DNA from: an uncultured delta proteobacterium
GTDB lineage: Bacteria > Myxococcota_A > Polyangia > Fen-1088
Direction of reading: 5' to 3'
Assembly (NCBI GenBank): GCA_963796685.1
Contig: CAWCMR010000009.1
Coordinates: forward strand, 128,001-192,000
DNA length: 64,000 nucleotides
Every line of letters starts with the position of its first letter. Positions within the stretch are counted from its first letter, which is position 1. This document shows, in pieces, positions 27,183 through 37,391 of the stretch. The position numbers were made by a program, and so were the translations under genes. The notes under the pieces were generated by a model that had not been told where the DNA came from, did no database searches, and saw only the letters and a program-made list of their open reading frames with translations.

Positions 27183-27212
27183 TTCAAACTCCCTGCGGAT
27201 GATGGACGCTTG

Positions 27213-27665
27213 TCACGAGATGAAAATCCTGCGCAAGAGAGAGAGCGCGGCGGCGAGAGTCAGTTGCTCGTCTGCGTCGAGTTGCTCCGCGATCACGGTA
27301 GTGGCCCAACGCAAACGAATCTTCCAGTTGACGGCCAGCGCTCTACGCCCCGCAGCGGTCGTTGAGATGATACGGCGCCGGCCATGGTTGGAGTCATCGC
27401 GACGTGTGACGTAGCCGCCCGTTTCGAGCGCAGCCACGATCTCCCCCATCGATTGCGGCGTCATCGCCTCCGCGCGCGCCAGGTCTGCCGTCGTCGCAGG
27501 CCCATCGACCTCTAAGCGGTTCAGCGCGGATAGCTGCGGGAAAGGAAGCGTCTCGCCGGGGACGATCTTGTCTATGGACTCAGCGCGCGAGCGTCGGCGC
27601 AACGCGACTGTGATCTCTCGAAGCTGATCCGCGAGCTCCTCGGGGGTCGGTCGTTTGACAGCCAT
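27213..27665 (-). CDS. MarR-family transcriptional regulator
   Basis: GPATTADLARAEAMTPQSMGEIVAALE..GYVTRR.D..HGRR....T.AG winged helix. Confidence 0.92.
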   Translation of the reverse strand: MAVKRPTPEELADQLREITVALRRRSRAESIDKIVPGETLPFPQLSALNRLEVDGPATTADLARAEAMTPQSMGEIVAALETGGYVTRRDDSNHGRRRIISTTAAGRRALAVNWKIRLRWATTVIAEQLDADEQLTLAAALSLLRRIFIS

Positions 27666-27678
27666 GGAGACGATTCTG

Positions 27679-27703
27679 CCTTGTAGAAGGCTTCCTTACA
27701 AGG
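27679..27703. promoter_or_regulatory. Candidate MarR operator
   Basis: Palindrome CCTTGTA-gaaggcttcct-TACAAGG in the divergent intergenic region, 14 nt from the marR start. Confidence 0.55.
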
Positions 27704-27798
27704 CAAGCTTCTATTTAATCGTTGCTGCTCCCCTTCGGGCGTGGACCGTGAAGCGCGCGAGCTGATCATGACGACTGAACAACCAAAGGAGAAAAACC

Positions 27799-28182
27799 AT
27801 GCGGTGGTACCACTACGTAGCCTACTTCTTCGGGGGCGCTTTTCTTGCGAACGCGCTCCCTCATCTCGGCAACGGAGTCTCGGGACACCCTTTCCAGAGC
27901 CCGTTCGCATCTCCGTCTGGGGAAGGCCTCTCGTCCTCCACGGTCAACGTTTTGTGGGGACTCTTCAACCTCGTCGTGGGTTACTTGCTCATCTGCCGCG
28001 TCGGGAGCTTCGAGCTGCGCAGGACCCGGCACATGCTCGTCCTCGGGGCCGGTGTCCTGCTGATGTCGCTCATGGGCGCCTGGGCATTCGGTCGCTTCCA
28101 CGGGGGACTTTTAAACAGGAACCGTGAGCCGGTCGCGGCGGACAGGCTGGCAAAGGGGCCAGATCTCGCTGGTTATAACTGA
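27799..28182 (+). CDS. Small conserved-looking membrane protein (3 TM)
   Basis: AAGGAG RBS; FFGGAFLANALPH..GVSG.PFQSPFA.P...NVLWG; divergent from marR. Confidence 0.75.
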   Translation: MRWYHYVAYFFGGAFLANALPHLGNGVSGHPFQSPFASPSGEGLSSSTVNVLWGLFNLVVGYLLICRVGSFELRRTRHMLVLGAGVLLMSLMGAWAFGRFHGGLLNRNREPVAADRLAKGPDLAGYN

Positions 28183-28234
28183 CACCTGAGCATATAAGCA
28201 GTCTCGGATATCAAGATCTTCCTTCCCGCAACGG

Positions 28235-30073
28235 ATGTCGCGAGTGTCCCAGAAAATTCCCCGCACCCCTCGAATCCCATCCCCGTCGGCTGCGGCTTCG
28301 TCCATGCTCCTGCCGGTGCCGGAGCCGCGGCCAGTTGCACTGCTCTGGCTACTCGCGGGGCTCGTGACCTGGTGGTCATTCGGCTTCACGACCATGATGG
28401 GATCGGACCTCTGGTGGCACATGGCTGCGGGGCGATGGATCTGGAATGCGGGTACCCTCAACTTCAAGGATCCGTGGTCGTTCACCGCGCATGGGCATTT
28501 CTGGCTCAACCCCGAATGGCTCTCCGATCTGATCTTCCATGCGTGGTCGAGCTGGTTCGGAATGGCAACGCTCGTCTGGTGGAAATGGTCGGTTCTCGTG
28601 GGCGCTTTCGTCGTCGTGTTTCTGGTCCTGCGACGTCTTTCGGGTAGCTCCCTTGCGTCGTATCTCGCCACCTTGTTCGCGGTGGCGATCGGAGCGCCCT
28701 TCTTCGACGTGCGGCCGCAGCTGTATTCTATTCTCGGCTTCGCAGTGGTGCTGCGCTTGACGCTGCTGCCCACCCGTTCCCGCTGGCTGCTCCCCATCGT
28801 TTTCTTCTTTTGGGCCAACCTGCACAGCGGTTTCATCTTCGGGCTCGTGACTCTGACCGTGGTGCTCGTGCTGGCGCGGCTTTTCGGCGAGGCGCCGCGC
28901 AACGCGCTGCCGCTCTGGCTCGCCTGTCTCGCAGTGTGCTTGCTCAACCCCAGTGGCCCCGACGTCTATATCTTTCCTTTTCGCTTCGCGGCTGATACGG
29001 CCTCGGCCTTCGCGCGCATCGGCGAATGGAGAGCGCCGTGGGAGCCGGGCGGCATCCGTAGCGCCTTGTATTTCCCGGCGATTGGCGCGTTCGCCCTGTC
29101 CATCGTCGCGACCTTCTACGCGAAGCTTCACCGCAAGCACGCGCGGCTGCTTTTTACCGGCATCGCGCTCGGGCTTCTGACCCTGGTCATGTCCCTCAAG
29201 AGCCGCCGGTTCATTCCCCTCTTCGGGATCGCGCAAGCACTGGTGTTGGCACCAGTGCTTGGCGAGCTGGTGGCGCGGCTCGGTCAGCTACTTCTGCAGC
29301 GATATCCGCATATCGGGAAGCCCTATCCGTGGCGCTTGCTTCCGCCCGTGCTTGCCCTTGCCCTCGGTGGGTATTGGCTTTTGCCCTATCCACTTTCCAG
29401 CAAGGCCTTCCTCTATCTCACCAGCCAGGATAGCTTCCCGGTCGAGGCCATGAATGTCGTGGACGCCAACCACCTTACGGGGAAGGTGTTCGCATACTAC
29501 CAATGGGGCGGGTACGTCGATCTGCGCACCGGCGGTCGCCTGCAGGTCTACATCGACGGTCGCGCGGGCACGGTGTTCGACGAGCAGACGTACCGCAACT
29601 ACACGCGCGTGCTCGGCCTCGCGAAAGGCTGGGAGGATATCGTCGACGCGTCCGGGGCCGACTATTTTCTGTGGCCCGAACGCCACCGCAAGCAGATCGA
29701 AACGCTGCGCGCGTCCGGCGATTGGCGAATACTTTACGTCGACCACGTTGCGGCCCTGCTCGTGCGCAGCGATCGCAGGCCAGAAGGGCCGTTGCAACCG
29801 TCGCCCGACTCGGCCTGGCGCGAGCTCGCACTGGGCTGGCACGCGTTGCGGGCCAAGAAGTTACAAGAAGCTGAAGCACACTTGCGGCGTGCCCTGGAGA
29901 TGATGCACAACCTGCGGGCAGCGTGCGAGTGGCTGGCCAATGTGCAAGCGAGGAGCGACCGCATGGGCGAGGCCGAGGCGACCTTGGACCGCTGCCAGAA
30001 AGCATTTCCCGACCCCGCGCGACGCAAGGAGTTGCTGGACTGGTTCCGCAACCGCGCCGAAATCCCGCCCTAA
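28235..30073 (+). CDS. Polytopic membrane protein, GT-C glycosyltransferase-like, with C-terminal TPR
   Basis: DLWWH..GRWI first-loop motif, W.NPEWL, RPQL, WANLHSGF, WGGY, YIDGR; many TM segments; TPR-like helices at the end. The start codon is uncertain. Confidence 0.7.
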   Translation: MSRVSQKIPRTPRIPSPSAAASSMLLPVPEPRPVALLWLLAGLVTWWSFGFTTMMGSDLWWHMAAGRWIWNAGTLNFKDPWSFTAHGHFWLNPEWLSDLIFHAWSSWFGMATLVWWKWSVLVGAFVVVFLVLRRLSGSSLASYLATLFAVAIGAPFFDVRPQLYSILGFAVVLRLTLLPTRSRWLLPIVFFFWANLHSGFIFGLVTLTVVLVLARLFGEAPRNALPLWLACLAVCLLNPSGPDVYIFPFRFAADTASAFARIGEWRAPWEPGGIRSALYFPAIGAFALSIVATFYAKLHRKHARLLFTGIALGLLTLVMSLKSRRFIPLFGIAQALVLAPVLGELVARLGQLLLQRYPHIGKPYPWRLLPPVLALALGGYWLLPYPLSSKAFLYLTSQDSFPVEAMNVVDANHLTGKVFAYYQWGGYVDLRTGGRLQVYIDGRAGTVFDEQTYRNYTRVLGLAKGWEDIVDASGADYFLWPERHRKQIETLRASGDWRILYVDHVAALLVRSDRRPEGPLQPSPDSAWRELALGWHALRAKKLQEAEAHLRRALEMMHNLRAACEWLANVQARSDRMGEAEATLDRCQKAFPDPARRKELLDWFRNRAEIPP

Positions 30074-30861
30074 AGCTTACGCTTGCGGAACACGAACAGC
30101 TTCTGCGTCCCGTAGTCGCCCCACGCGGGCAATTGCGAGCACCAGCGGTTCCATTCCATCGTGGGATCGGCGGCATCCGCCTCGGCCCCCGAGGCCTTGA
30201 TCAGAAGCGGCTTGAGAATCCTCGTTCCCACGAAATACGTGCTGGAGAAATTGACGACCTTGACCAGCGTGAGCCGGTCGGAAACGCCCTTGGCGATGCG
30301 ATCCTCATCCAGGTACAAATTGAAAGCGGGCATGGGAATCTCGGGTAGCCCCCATTCGGTCCGCAACCGATTCAGGTTGCGCCAGCCCTGCAAAGTCGCG
30401 TCGGAGAGAAGCAAGAGACCGCCAACCTTGAGCACGCGCGCACACTCGCGCAAGCCGATCAATTGCTGCTCCCACGAAACAAGATTGATCACGACGCGGA
30501 TCGCGATGAGCTTGTCGAATCGATTGGCCTCTTCGTCGAGGGCCGTGATGTTGCCGACCGAAAAGGACACCCGTCCTTTGACGAAGGGCTTGCGCTCTTT
30601 CAGGTTGCGCTCGGCTTGCCGAATCATGGCTGGGACACGATCCACGCCCTCGAGGCGCACCCGCTTTTGCTCGGCGATCTGCAGGGTCGTATGCCCGTTT
30701 CCGCAGCCCACGTCGAGCACCCTGTCGCCATGGGCGATATACGGCAGGATCGCTCTCTGCTCCAGCTCCATCGCGCGAACATCCGACCATGAAGCGGCGG
30801 GGGCGATGCCGTGAATCTTCGCCTGCCGCGTCCAGTACCGCTCGATCTGCTTTCCATTCAT
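30070..30861 (-). CDS. Class I SAM-dependent methyltransferase
   Basis: VLDVGCGNG, GVD, RVLKVGG. Confidence 0.9.
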   Translation of the reverse strand: MNGKQIERYWTRQAKIHGIAPAASWSDVRAMELEQRAILPYIAHGDRVLDVGCGNGHTTLQIAEQKRVRLEGVDRVPAMIRQAERNLKERKPFVKGRVSFSVGNITALDEEANRFDKLIAIRVVINLVSWEQQLIGLRECARVLKVGGLLLLSDATLQGWRNLNRLRTEWGLPEIPMPAFNLYLDEDRIAKGVSDRLTLVKVVNFSSTYFVGTRILKPLLIKASGAEADAADPTMEWNRWCSQLPAWGDYGTQKLFVFRKRKL

Positions 30862-30886
30862 GGGCAGGGCTCCCAGCGCGCTTCGT

Positions 30887-31831
30887 TCACGGCAACTTCC
30901 GCCGCACGAGATAGGACGGCCGGCTCATGATGCGAAAGTGGGACCGGGCCAGGTACTCGCCAATCATTCCAAGCGCCAGAAGCTGGGCGCCCGACAGGAT
31001 CGAGACGAGAGAAACCAGGTAGAGAAATCCGGGCGGCGCATGGCCGGGGACGAAGTGACGAAAGAGCGCGTACCCCATGGCGCCGGCACCGAAGAGCAGA
31101 GTCAAAATGGCGATCCAACTCGCGAACTGCAGCGGCAGGGTCGAAAAGCCCGTGAGCAGGTTGAGCATGTGCGTGACGAGCTTGCCGAAGGTGTAGTTCG
31201 AGCGACCGCGCAGGCGCGGCTGGTGCACGACCTTGGTCCAGCCGAACCGGTTCGAAGACCAGGTCAAGAGCACGTCGAGCGACACGAACGGGCTCGAGTA
31301 GCTGCGAAAGCCCTCCCGAAGTCCGGTGCGAAAGGCGCGGAAGGCGCCGATGTGCCGGGCCGTCTCCGCCCCCATCGCCTTCTGCAAGATCAACTTGGTG
31401 GTGAACGAGGCGATATTCCGGCCCAGCGAGTGCGGCAGATGCTCCGGCGTTCCGTACACGACGTCGCAATCCTCGGTAAGCGCTCCAAGCAATTTCGGGA
31501 TCTCCTCCGGTGGGTGCTGCAGATCGTCATCCATGGTGACGATACGGTCGAAGCGGGCAGCGCGCACGCCGACCAGCAAGGCGTTGTGCTGACCAAAATT
31601 TCGCGTGAGATCGATGCCGAGCACGCAGCTGTGGCGCTGGGTGAGATCGCTGATACAGCGCCAGCTTCCATCGGCGCTGCCGTCGTTGACCAGCACGACC
31701 TCGAAGTCCGAGGTCAGCGTGGCCAGGACCGCGAGCAGGCGCTCGACGAGCTCGGTAAGGTTGGGCGCGGCGTTGTACACCGGAATCACCACCGAAAGGC
31801 CGGACGGAAGTGGCATCTCATCGTCGTTCAT
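30887..31831 (-). CDS. GT2 polyprenyl-phosphate glycosyltransferase (ArnC/GtrB-like)
   Basis: SVVIPVYN, VNDGSADGS, NFGQHNAL, MDDDLQHPPE, two C-terminal TMs, IGEYLAR. Confidence 0.92.
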   Translation of the reverse strand: MNDDEMPLPSGLSVVIPVYNAAPNLTELVERLLAVLATLTSDFEVVLVNDGSADGSWRCISDLTQRHSCVLGIDLTRNFGQHNALLVGVRAARFDRIVTMDDDLQHPPEEIPKLLGALTEDCDVVYGTPEHLPHSLGRNIASFTTKLILQKAMGAETARHIGAFRAFRTGLREGFRSYSSPFVSLDVLLTWSSNRFGWTKVVHQPRLRGRSNYTFGKLVTHMLNLLTGFSTLPLQFASWIAILTLLFGAGAMGYALFRHFVPGHAPPGFLYLVSLVSILSGAQLLALGMIGEYLARSHFRIMSRPSYLVRRKLP

Positions 31832-32187
31832 CGTAGGAGGCCAGGATAGACGAGTTATGCCTACGAACCAAATTGAATAGCGTTCATCGCGCGAACTGCT
31901 GGGCGTGGTTCATTTGCGGTCGTCACCGACGGCAAATCCGCTCCTCGGATGGCAACCTGGCGAAGGACAACGGCACGACGTGCGTGCGTTGGCCTCGCGG
32001 CTGCCTACCTACGTGACGCTCAAAGAGGTGAAGCGCCGATGGGGTAATGCCCAGGAGGACGTCTATCCCCTCGCTCAATTCGAAGGTGCGAATGGAGGCG
32101 CGTTCTACGTTCACGGCTCGCAGTCACGTGATGGCAGGTGCTGCCGATGCTCATTCCACCGGCGAAGTGAAATGATTGTTCCCGACA

Positions 32188-32765
32188 TCAGCGACACGAG
32201 CTGAGCAGCACGCCCACCGAGTCCTTGCTCGTGATAACAAGATCCAGCCTGCCATCGCCGTTCAAATCGCCGAGCGCTACCCCAACCGCATAGCCCCCGG
32301 CCAGATATTCCATCTCCGCCGCAAAGGTCCCGTCGTTGTGCCCAAGCCGGACGCTTACCGTGTCCGCATTTGCCGTGACGATGTCCACCCAACCGTCGCC
32401 GTTCAAGTCACCCAAGGTCAACGAGCCATCCATTTCGTACCACGCGTTGTCCGCAAAGGTGCCGTCGCCGTTCCCGAGCAGCACGCTTTTCGTGGTGTCA
32501 CCGATGATGACGTCCAGCTTGCCATCACCGTTCAAATCACCGAGCACCACCGCACCGGGAAAACCGCCGACTGGGTAGTCCACACTGTCGGCGAAAGTCC
32601 CGTCCCCCCTCCATCACCCTTTTCCAAACAACGCGCCCACCGAGCTGCCGCTCTCGACGAGGAGGTCCAGCTTGCCGTCGCCGTTCAAGTCGCCCAGCAC
32701 CAGGGAGGCTATCCCGCCTGGATAGTCGACCCTGTCGGCGAAGGTCCCGTCTCCCTTTCCAAGTA
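32188..32765 (-). pseudogene. FG-GAP/VCBS-repeat protein, C-terminal fragment with frameshift
   Basis: Four GDLNGDGxxD repeats with LGxGDGTF; frame change near 32610; no N-terminus. Confidence 0.85.
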
Positions 32766-32767
32766 GC

Positions 32768-33346
32768 TCAGGTGGTGGTGGCCCGCAGCTCGGCCAGGTC
32801 GAAAAGAGCGCCGGGAGAGTCGCAAGCAACATCGATCCATGACAGCAGGGTGTTTCTCTTTCCCGTGCCGGGAGCGGGCCACGGCGGTGGCGGCGCGAGG
32901 TAGGACCCGTCGGGCTTGCGCATGTGCGAGCGATCCGAGGCCAGACCCGTCAGGTAGTCGGCCGCGGCAATGACCCGGAAGATGGGCCGGTGTCGCAAGT
33001 GGCGCGTGGGCGGAAAGGTCTCGTCTAGATAGCGGGCAAGCGGACAGGGAAAGGGAAGCTCCGAGTCCAGGTCGAGGGCCAGGCGCGTCCCGTCCGGATC
33101 CCCGACCATGGCGAAGACGTGGTAGTCCCAGCACACGAGCCCGTCCCCGGAGCGACCGGCCCTTTGGCGAAGCGCCACGATGTGGCCGGCCGGACTGGAG
33201 ACGATGACAGCCCACGCCTGGCGGCCTGCGAGCTCGCCGCGCACGAGCAGGCGCCAAACGTTCTCCTCGCAATAGCGAGCCTGGTAGTCGAGAGACAGCC
33301 GATCGATGCCGAGCACGAGGCAATCATACTGGATTATCCACACCAA
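32768..33346 (-). CDS. NTAQ1/WDYHV1-like protein N-terminal glutamine amidohydrolase
   Basis: YCEENVW, WDYHV, DLDS.LPFP, ASDRSHM, PPP.P. The start may be the GTG at 33316. Confidence 0.88.
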   Translation of the reverse strand: MVWIIQYDCLVLGIDRLSLDYQARYCEENVWRLLVRGELAGRQAWAVIVSSPAGHIVALRQRAGRSGDGLVCWDYHVFAMVGDPDGTRLALDLDSELPFPCPLARYLDETFPPTRHLRHRPIFRVIAAADYLTGLASDRSHMRKPDGSYLAPPPPWPAPGTGKRNTLLSWIDVACDSPGALFDLAELRATTT

Positions 33347-33479
33347 CCTGAACCCGACCGCCGATCCCGACGGCCTCGTCTACTGCATCATCGACTGCAC
33401 GATACCTCGGTGTTGCATCTACTGACCGCCGAGAGCACCTCGGGCTCGTTGCGGAGCGGCCAGCCCCTGCCGCCGCGGC

Positions 33480-34778
33480 TCAGAACTGGGTGATGAACTT
33501 CCAGGCTTCCGGGGCGTCCCAGCTCGTCGTCTGACCGGGATCCACCGGTTGCCATCCGTGCGGGCCGTTGAAAACGCAGTATTCGGTCGGGTGGCCCGCG
33601 GAGCATCCTTTGTAGATCGTGCAAGTGTGCGGCTGGCCGGCGGCTGGGTAGGTGGTGGACGCCGGCTCGGGTGTGCATCCGTTGACGGCGGCAAACTGGG
33701 CTTGCTTCATTTCCCCGGTCATGGGGTCGGTGGGTGACATGCCGTTGGCGTCCTGGCTCGCTTGCGACGCATAGTACGCAATCGGCTTGGTCAGAGTCGT
33801 GGGGCAGGAATTGGTGAGATCCGCTCCCGAGAAAAACGCGGCGGCGCGGAACACGTCCGCCCGCGTGCACGCGAGGGCCATGGCCATGGCCCCGCCAAAG
33901 CTGAAGCCCGTCGCGAAGATTCGGGTCGTGTCGATGCAGAGATCGCCTTCGATCTTGGCGAGGATCGTATCGGTGAACGCCACGTCCGTGTTGCTCCAGG
34001 AGCCGGCCCCGTTCGCGGCGTCGGGCGCGACGAAAATGGTGTTCTTGCTGTCGTAGGTTGCCATCGTGAAGTAATTCCTGGTTGCAACAGACTGGGCGGA
34101 TGATCCGGACTCGGCGAAGGCGAAGACCAGGCGATAGGGGTGGCTGTTGTCGTAGCTGCCGGGCACGAGCAGAATGTAGTTTCGCGCGGCGCCACTGTAC
34201 GTGATGTTGATGGTCCCGTTCTGAAGCGTCCGCGTCTTTCCACACCCCGCGCTTTGTGCCACACCGGCGTCAACGTCAGAGCTGCCAGAGCTGCCGCCCG
34301 ACCCACGTCCGGTCGCGCCGCCCGTACCAGAGCTGCTCGCGCCGCCCGTGCCAGAGTTGCTCGCGCCGCCCAATCCTCCATTGCCGCCGGAGGCTGTGGG
34401 CACCGTGCCCCCGGTGCCGGTCGCAGCGCCCCCAACGCCAGCGCCTCCCGAGCCCGATCGACCACCCGCACCCGCGCCACCGCTTCCCGGGCTGGTGCGC
34501 CCGCCGGTGCCATTCACTCCACCTGTTCCCGGTTGCGTGGTTCCACCGCTTCCCGTCGTTTCTCCCTGGCTGCCCCCCTGGCTGGGCGCGCCCCCGGTGC
34601 CATCCGCTCCACCCGTTCCCGATTGTCCACCGCTCCCAGTTGTTCCGCCTCGGCCGGGCACGCCGCCCGAGCCATGACTACCGCCACTTCCTGAAGGATG
34701 CGAGCTGCTCGATGAACAAGAAGTCCCAAGAATTGCGAGCACGGTCAGCATCGAATGGGCAAAACGCATAGGTGTCAT
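33480..34778 (-). CDS. Lipoprotein: Gly-rich linker + CE1/PHB-depolymerase-like esterase (paralog of 7764-9302)
   Basis: AGGAGG RBS, lipobox GTSC, P.SYDNSHPYRLVF, CIDTTRIFATGFSFG, YCVFNGPH. Confidence 0.85.
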   Translation of the reverse strand: MTPMRFAHSMLTVLAILGTSCSSSSSHPSGSGGSHGSGGVPGRGGTTGSGGQSGTGGADGTGGAPSQGGSQGETTGSGGTTQPGTGGVNGTGGRTSPGSGGAGAGGRSGSGGAGVGGAATGTGGTVPTASGGNGGLGGASNSGTGGASSSGTGGATGRGSGGSSGSSDVDAGVAQSAGCGKTRTLQNGTINITYSGAARNYILLVPGSYDNSHPYRLVFAFAESGSSAQSVATRNYFTMATYDSKNTIFVAPDAANGAGSWSNTDVAFTDTILAKIEGDLCIDTTRIFATGFSFGGAMAMALACTRADVFRAAAFFSGADLTNSCPTTLTKPIAYYASQASQDANGMSPTDPMTGEMKQAQFAAVNGCTPEPASTTYPAAGQPHTCTIYKGCSAGHPTEYCVFNGPHGWQPVDPGQTTSWDAPEAWKFITQF

Positions 34779-34829
34779 GAATGCCTCCTTGGCAAGAGCC
34801 AATGTGAAACGTCCGCGCAGCCGGTCGCA

Positions 34830-37391
34830 TTAGGGACTCGTCTTCAGACTGGCATAGGCCGGCTCTAGGCCCGCGGCGCTGACGATCGCCTGGGCGTCCA
34901 CGGGGAACGTGTCTCCACTGATGGCGATGTTGCCAGAAACCGTGTTGCCCGAGCCGCCAAGGCCGGGGCTGGCCGAGCTGCCCCAGTTGTTGGTGAACGT
35001 GATATGGCCGGTGTTATTGGTGGAATTCGCGTTCGCGGTAACGTAGGAACCAAAGTTCGCGTACACGTTCTTCGTTTCCGTGATGTAGGCAGAGCCTTCG
35101 TCATTGTACTCGCCCCAGAAGGTACCGGAAAGTCCGGAGCCCTTGCCCTCGCAGTAGTTCTGCGTAACGAGCGCCCCGGGTTGGAACCCCAGGTTGTAGT
35201 GGCACCCGCCGTCGTTCATCTGGAGCATACCCAGGTGGACGTAGTTGGCGCTGATCGTGTTGTTCTTGGCGACGGTCGGGTTCTGGTACAGGGGCTGGTA
35301 TTTGTAGAGATCGCCTGTCGCGCGCGTCTTGTAGTCGTTGTTGCCGCCCGCGTCGTTCGTGCCCCACCCGAGACCGCTCGCGATTCCTGAATACGGCAGG
35401 TTGTAGAGCTCGTTGTGCGACACGACCACGTTCGTCGTATAGGTGAACATGAGGCCGGCAAAGTCCCGGTAATCGATCCCGACGTCGTGGATGAGGTTGT
35501 CCTGGAGTGTCATGTTCTGGTTGACCAGCCGCGCCCCCGGATCGTTCGACGTGCATACCTTGTCGCCACACGGGTGGTGCGCCCACGCCTCTATCCCCCC
35601 GATTACGATCCCGCCGCCGGCGATCTGCGAGAATACGCAGCCGGTAACGTGGATGCCATTCGCCCCGAGCCCGACGCCCGTTGCGTTGGCGTTGGCATCG
35701 TTGCCGATCCCGAGCCCTACACTACCGAGCGCGACGAACCTGTCGCCCACGAACGAGATGTTGTACGCGTTCGACACTTGGACCGCGGCCGGCATTTGGT
35801 GCCAATGCGGCCGGGCGGCCTCGAACACGGGGGATTGGCCGCCGCCCGGGTAGTTGGACGTGGCCCCGACGAGGTACCCGCCCGTCTGCTGGTCGGCGAA
35901 TCCGTCGGCGGTATTGGGATGCAGCCAGCTCGTGCACGAGAACGTCAGGCCGCTGAAGGTGAGGTCGTGCGCCGGCTGTGCATAGGGGTCGCCCCCGGCC
36001 GGAGCCGCATATGGCACGGCCACCGTTGGGTCGCTGCCGGTTGGCTGGACGCAGTCCGCCCCGCCGGGCGGCGTGCCAGCGGGGCAATCGCCTCCCACCG
36101 CGAGGAGCAGTTGCAACTGCGGCAGCTCGACGTCGGCCGTGCTCATGTCCTGGCCGGAGAGCGGGATGTAGTAGAGCGCGCCGGCAGTCGTGTCCTGGTA
36201 CCATTCCCCGGGCTGGTCGAGGAGCGTGTAATCGTTCTCGACGTAGATGGGGCCCTGCCGATACGGGCTCTGAACCGTGTCATACCCCCAGGTGTTTTCG
36301 TTCCAGGCGGGCTGCTGCATGGTCACCGTACCGTTCGAGACGCTCTGGATCGGCGAGTACCGATTCGTCCACGAGCCGATGATGTTCAACTCGGCACGTT
36401 GCGGCTGGGCCAGATTGTTCAAATAGCTCAGGCTGTTGTTCGAAAACGTCCAGCCAGTGGTGCTCGCGCCATTGTTCGTCGACGGAAGCCCGTTCATGTC
36501 GGAGCGGCTGAGCGAAGACGAACGCGCGCGGGTGGCGAGCTTGCCGTCGACGTAGAGCTGCCGGGTGACAAAACTGCTCGGCGCCGTGGCCTTGTAGATC
36601 TTCTTGCCCGAATCGCTGACCGTCCATCCCGTGATCTTCTGCGCGCCCGAGAGCACCGGGTGAGCACCGGCCGCGGCCTGCCAGGTGACCGTGAAGCCAT
36701 TGGCTCCCGCGTCGGCCGCGGGGCCTGCCACCCCAGCCGCGGCGGGCGGCGAGTCGGCCGCGGTGAAGACCAACGGCGCCGTCAGGGTGTAGACCCCATC
36801 GGCGAGCTCGACGATGATGTCGCTTTGCAGGGTCTTGACGGCAGCCTGCACCACCGTCTGCGCTTGCGTGATCGAGCAGGGAGCGGAGCTGGTGCAATCG
36901 GTCCCGGTTCCGCTCGGTGAGACATAGTAGTGACCGCTCCCAGAGCCCGCGTCGGCGGGCCTGGCGCCAGCATCGGGTGCGCCGCCGCTGCCTGTGGCGC
37001 CACCAACTGCAGAAGCGCCGCCGCTGCCTGTGGCGCCACCAACTGCAGAAGCGCCGCCGCTGCCCGTAGCACCGCCGCTGCCCACGGCACCGCCGCTGCC
37101 CACGGCACCGCCACCGGTCGTGGCGCCGCCCGAGCCCCCAGCACCGCCGCTGCGCGTGGCGCCGCCCGAGCCCGCAGGTCCGCCGCCGCCCGTGCCGCCG
37201 CCCGACGACGCCACGCCCCCACTTCCGGCGCCGCCCGAGCCAGAATCTCCACCGCTGCTCACGCGACCACCGCGTCCACCCCCCGCACTGATGGCACCCC
37301 CGGCGGCCGATCCTCCGCCGGAGCTGCCGCCTCCGCAGCCCCAAAGAGCGAGAACAACTACCGACCCTGTGACAACTGCTGTTGATCGCAT
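34830..37391 (-). CDS. Lipoprotein with right-handed parallel beta-helix domain (GH141-like putative glycoside hydrolase)
   Basis: Lipobox LWGC, Gly linker with a perfect 36-bp duplication (36979-37050), YYVSPSG, RQLYVDG, EN...LLDQPGEWY, HNELYNLPYSGI..G.GWG, DGG..Y. Confidence 0.8.
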   Translation of the reverse strand: MRSTAVVTGSVVVLALWGCGGGSSGGGSAAGGAISAGGGRGGRVSSGGDSGSGGAGSGGVASSGGGTGGGGPAGSGGATRSGGAGGSGGATTGGGAVGSGGAVGSGGATGSGGASAVGGATGSGGASAVGGATGSGGAPDAGARPADAGSGSGHYYVSPSGTGTDCTSSAPCSITQAQTVVQAAVKTLQSDIIVELADGVYTLTAPLVFTAADSPPAAAGVAGPAADAGANGFTVTWQAAAGAHPVLSGAQKITGWTVSDSGKKIYKATAPSSFVTRQLYVDGKLATRARSSSLSRSDMNGLPSTNNGASTTGWTFSNNSLSYLNNLAQPQRAELNIIGSWTNRYSPIQSVSNGTVTMQQPAWNENTWGYDTVQSPYRQGPIYVENDYTLLDQPGEWYQDTTAGALYYIPLSGQDMSTADVELPQLQLLLAVGGDCPAGTPPGGADCVQPTGSDPTVAVPYAAPAGGDPYAQPAHDLTFSGLTFSCTSWLHPNTADGFADQQTGGYLVGATSNYPGGGQSPVFEAARPHWHQMPAAVQVSNAYNISFVGDRFVALGSVGLGIGNDANANATGVGLGANGIHVTGCVFSQIAGGGIVIGGIEAWAHHPCGDKVCTSNDPGARLVNQNMTLQDNLIHDVGIDYRDFAGLMFTYTTNVVVSHNELYNLPYSGIASGLGWGTNDAGGNNDYKTRATGDLYKYQPLYQNPTVAKNNTISANYVHLGMLQMNDGGCHYNLGFQPGALVTQNYCEGKGSGLSGTFWGEYNDEGSAYITETKNVYANFGSYVTANANSTNNTGHITFTNNWGSSASPGLGGSGNTVSGNIAISGDTFPVDAQAIVSAAGLEPAYASLKTSP

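Noticed and set aside
31905-32083. Possible N-terminal gene fragment (..[27 protein letters not shown]..)
   Set aside because: It looks coding but I cannot assign a family or boundaries, so it is not listed as a feature.
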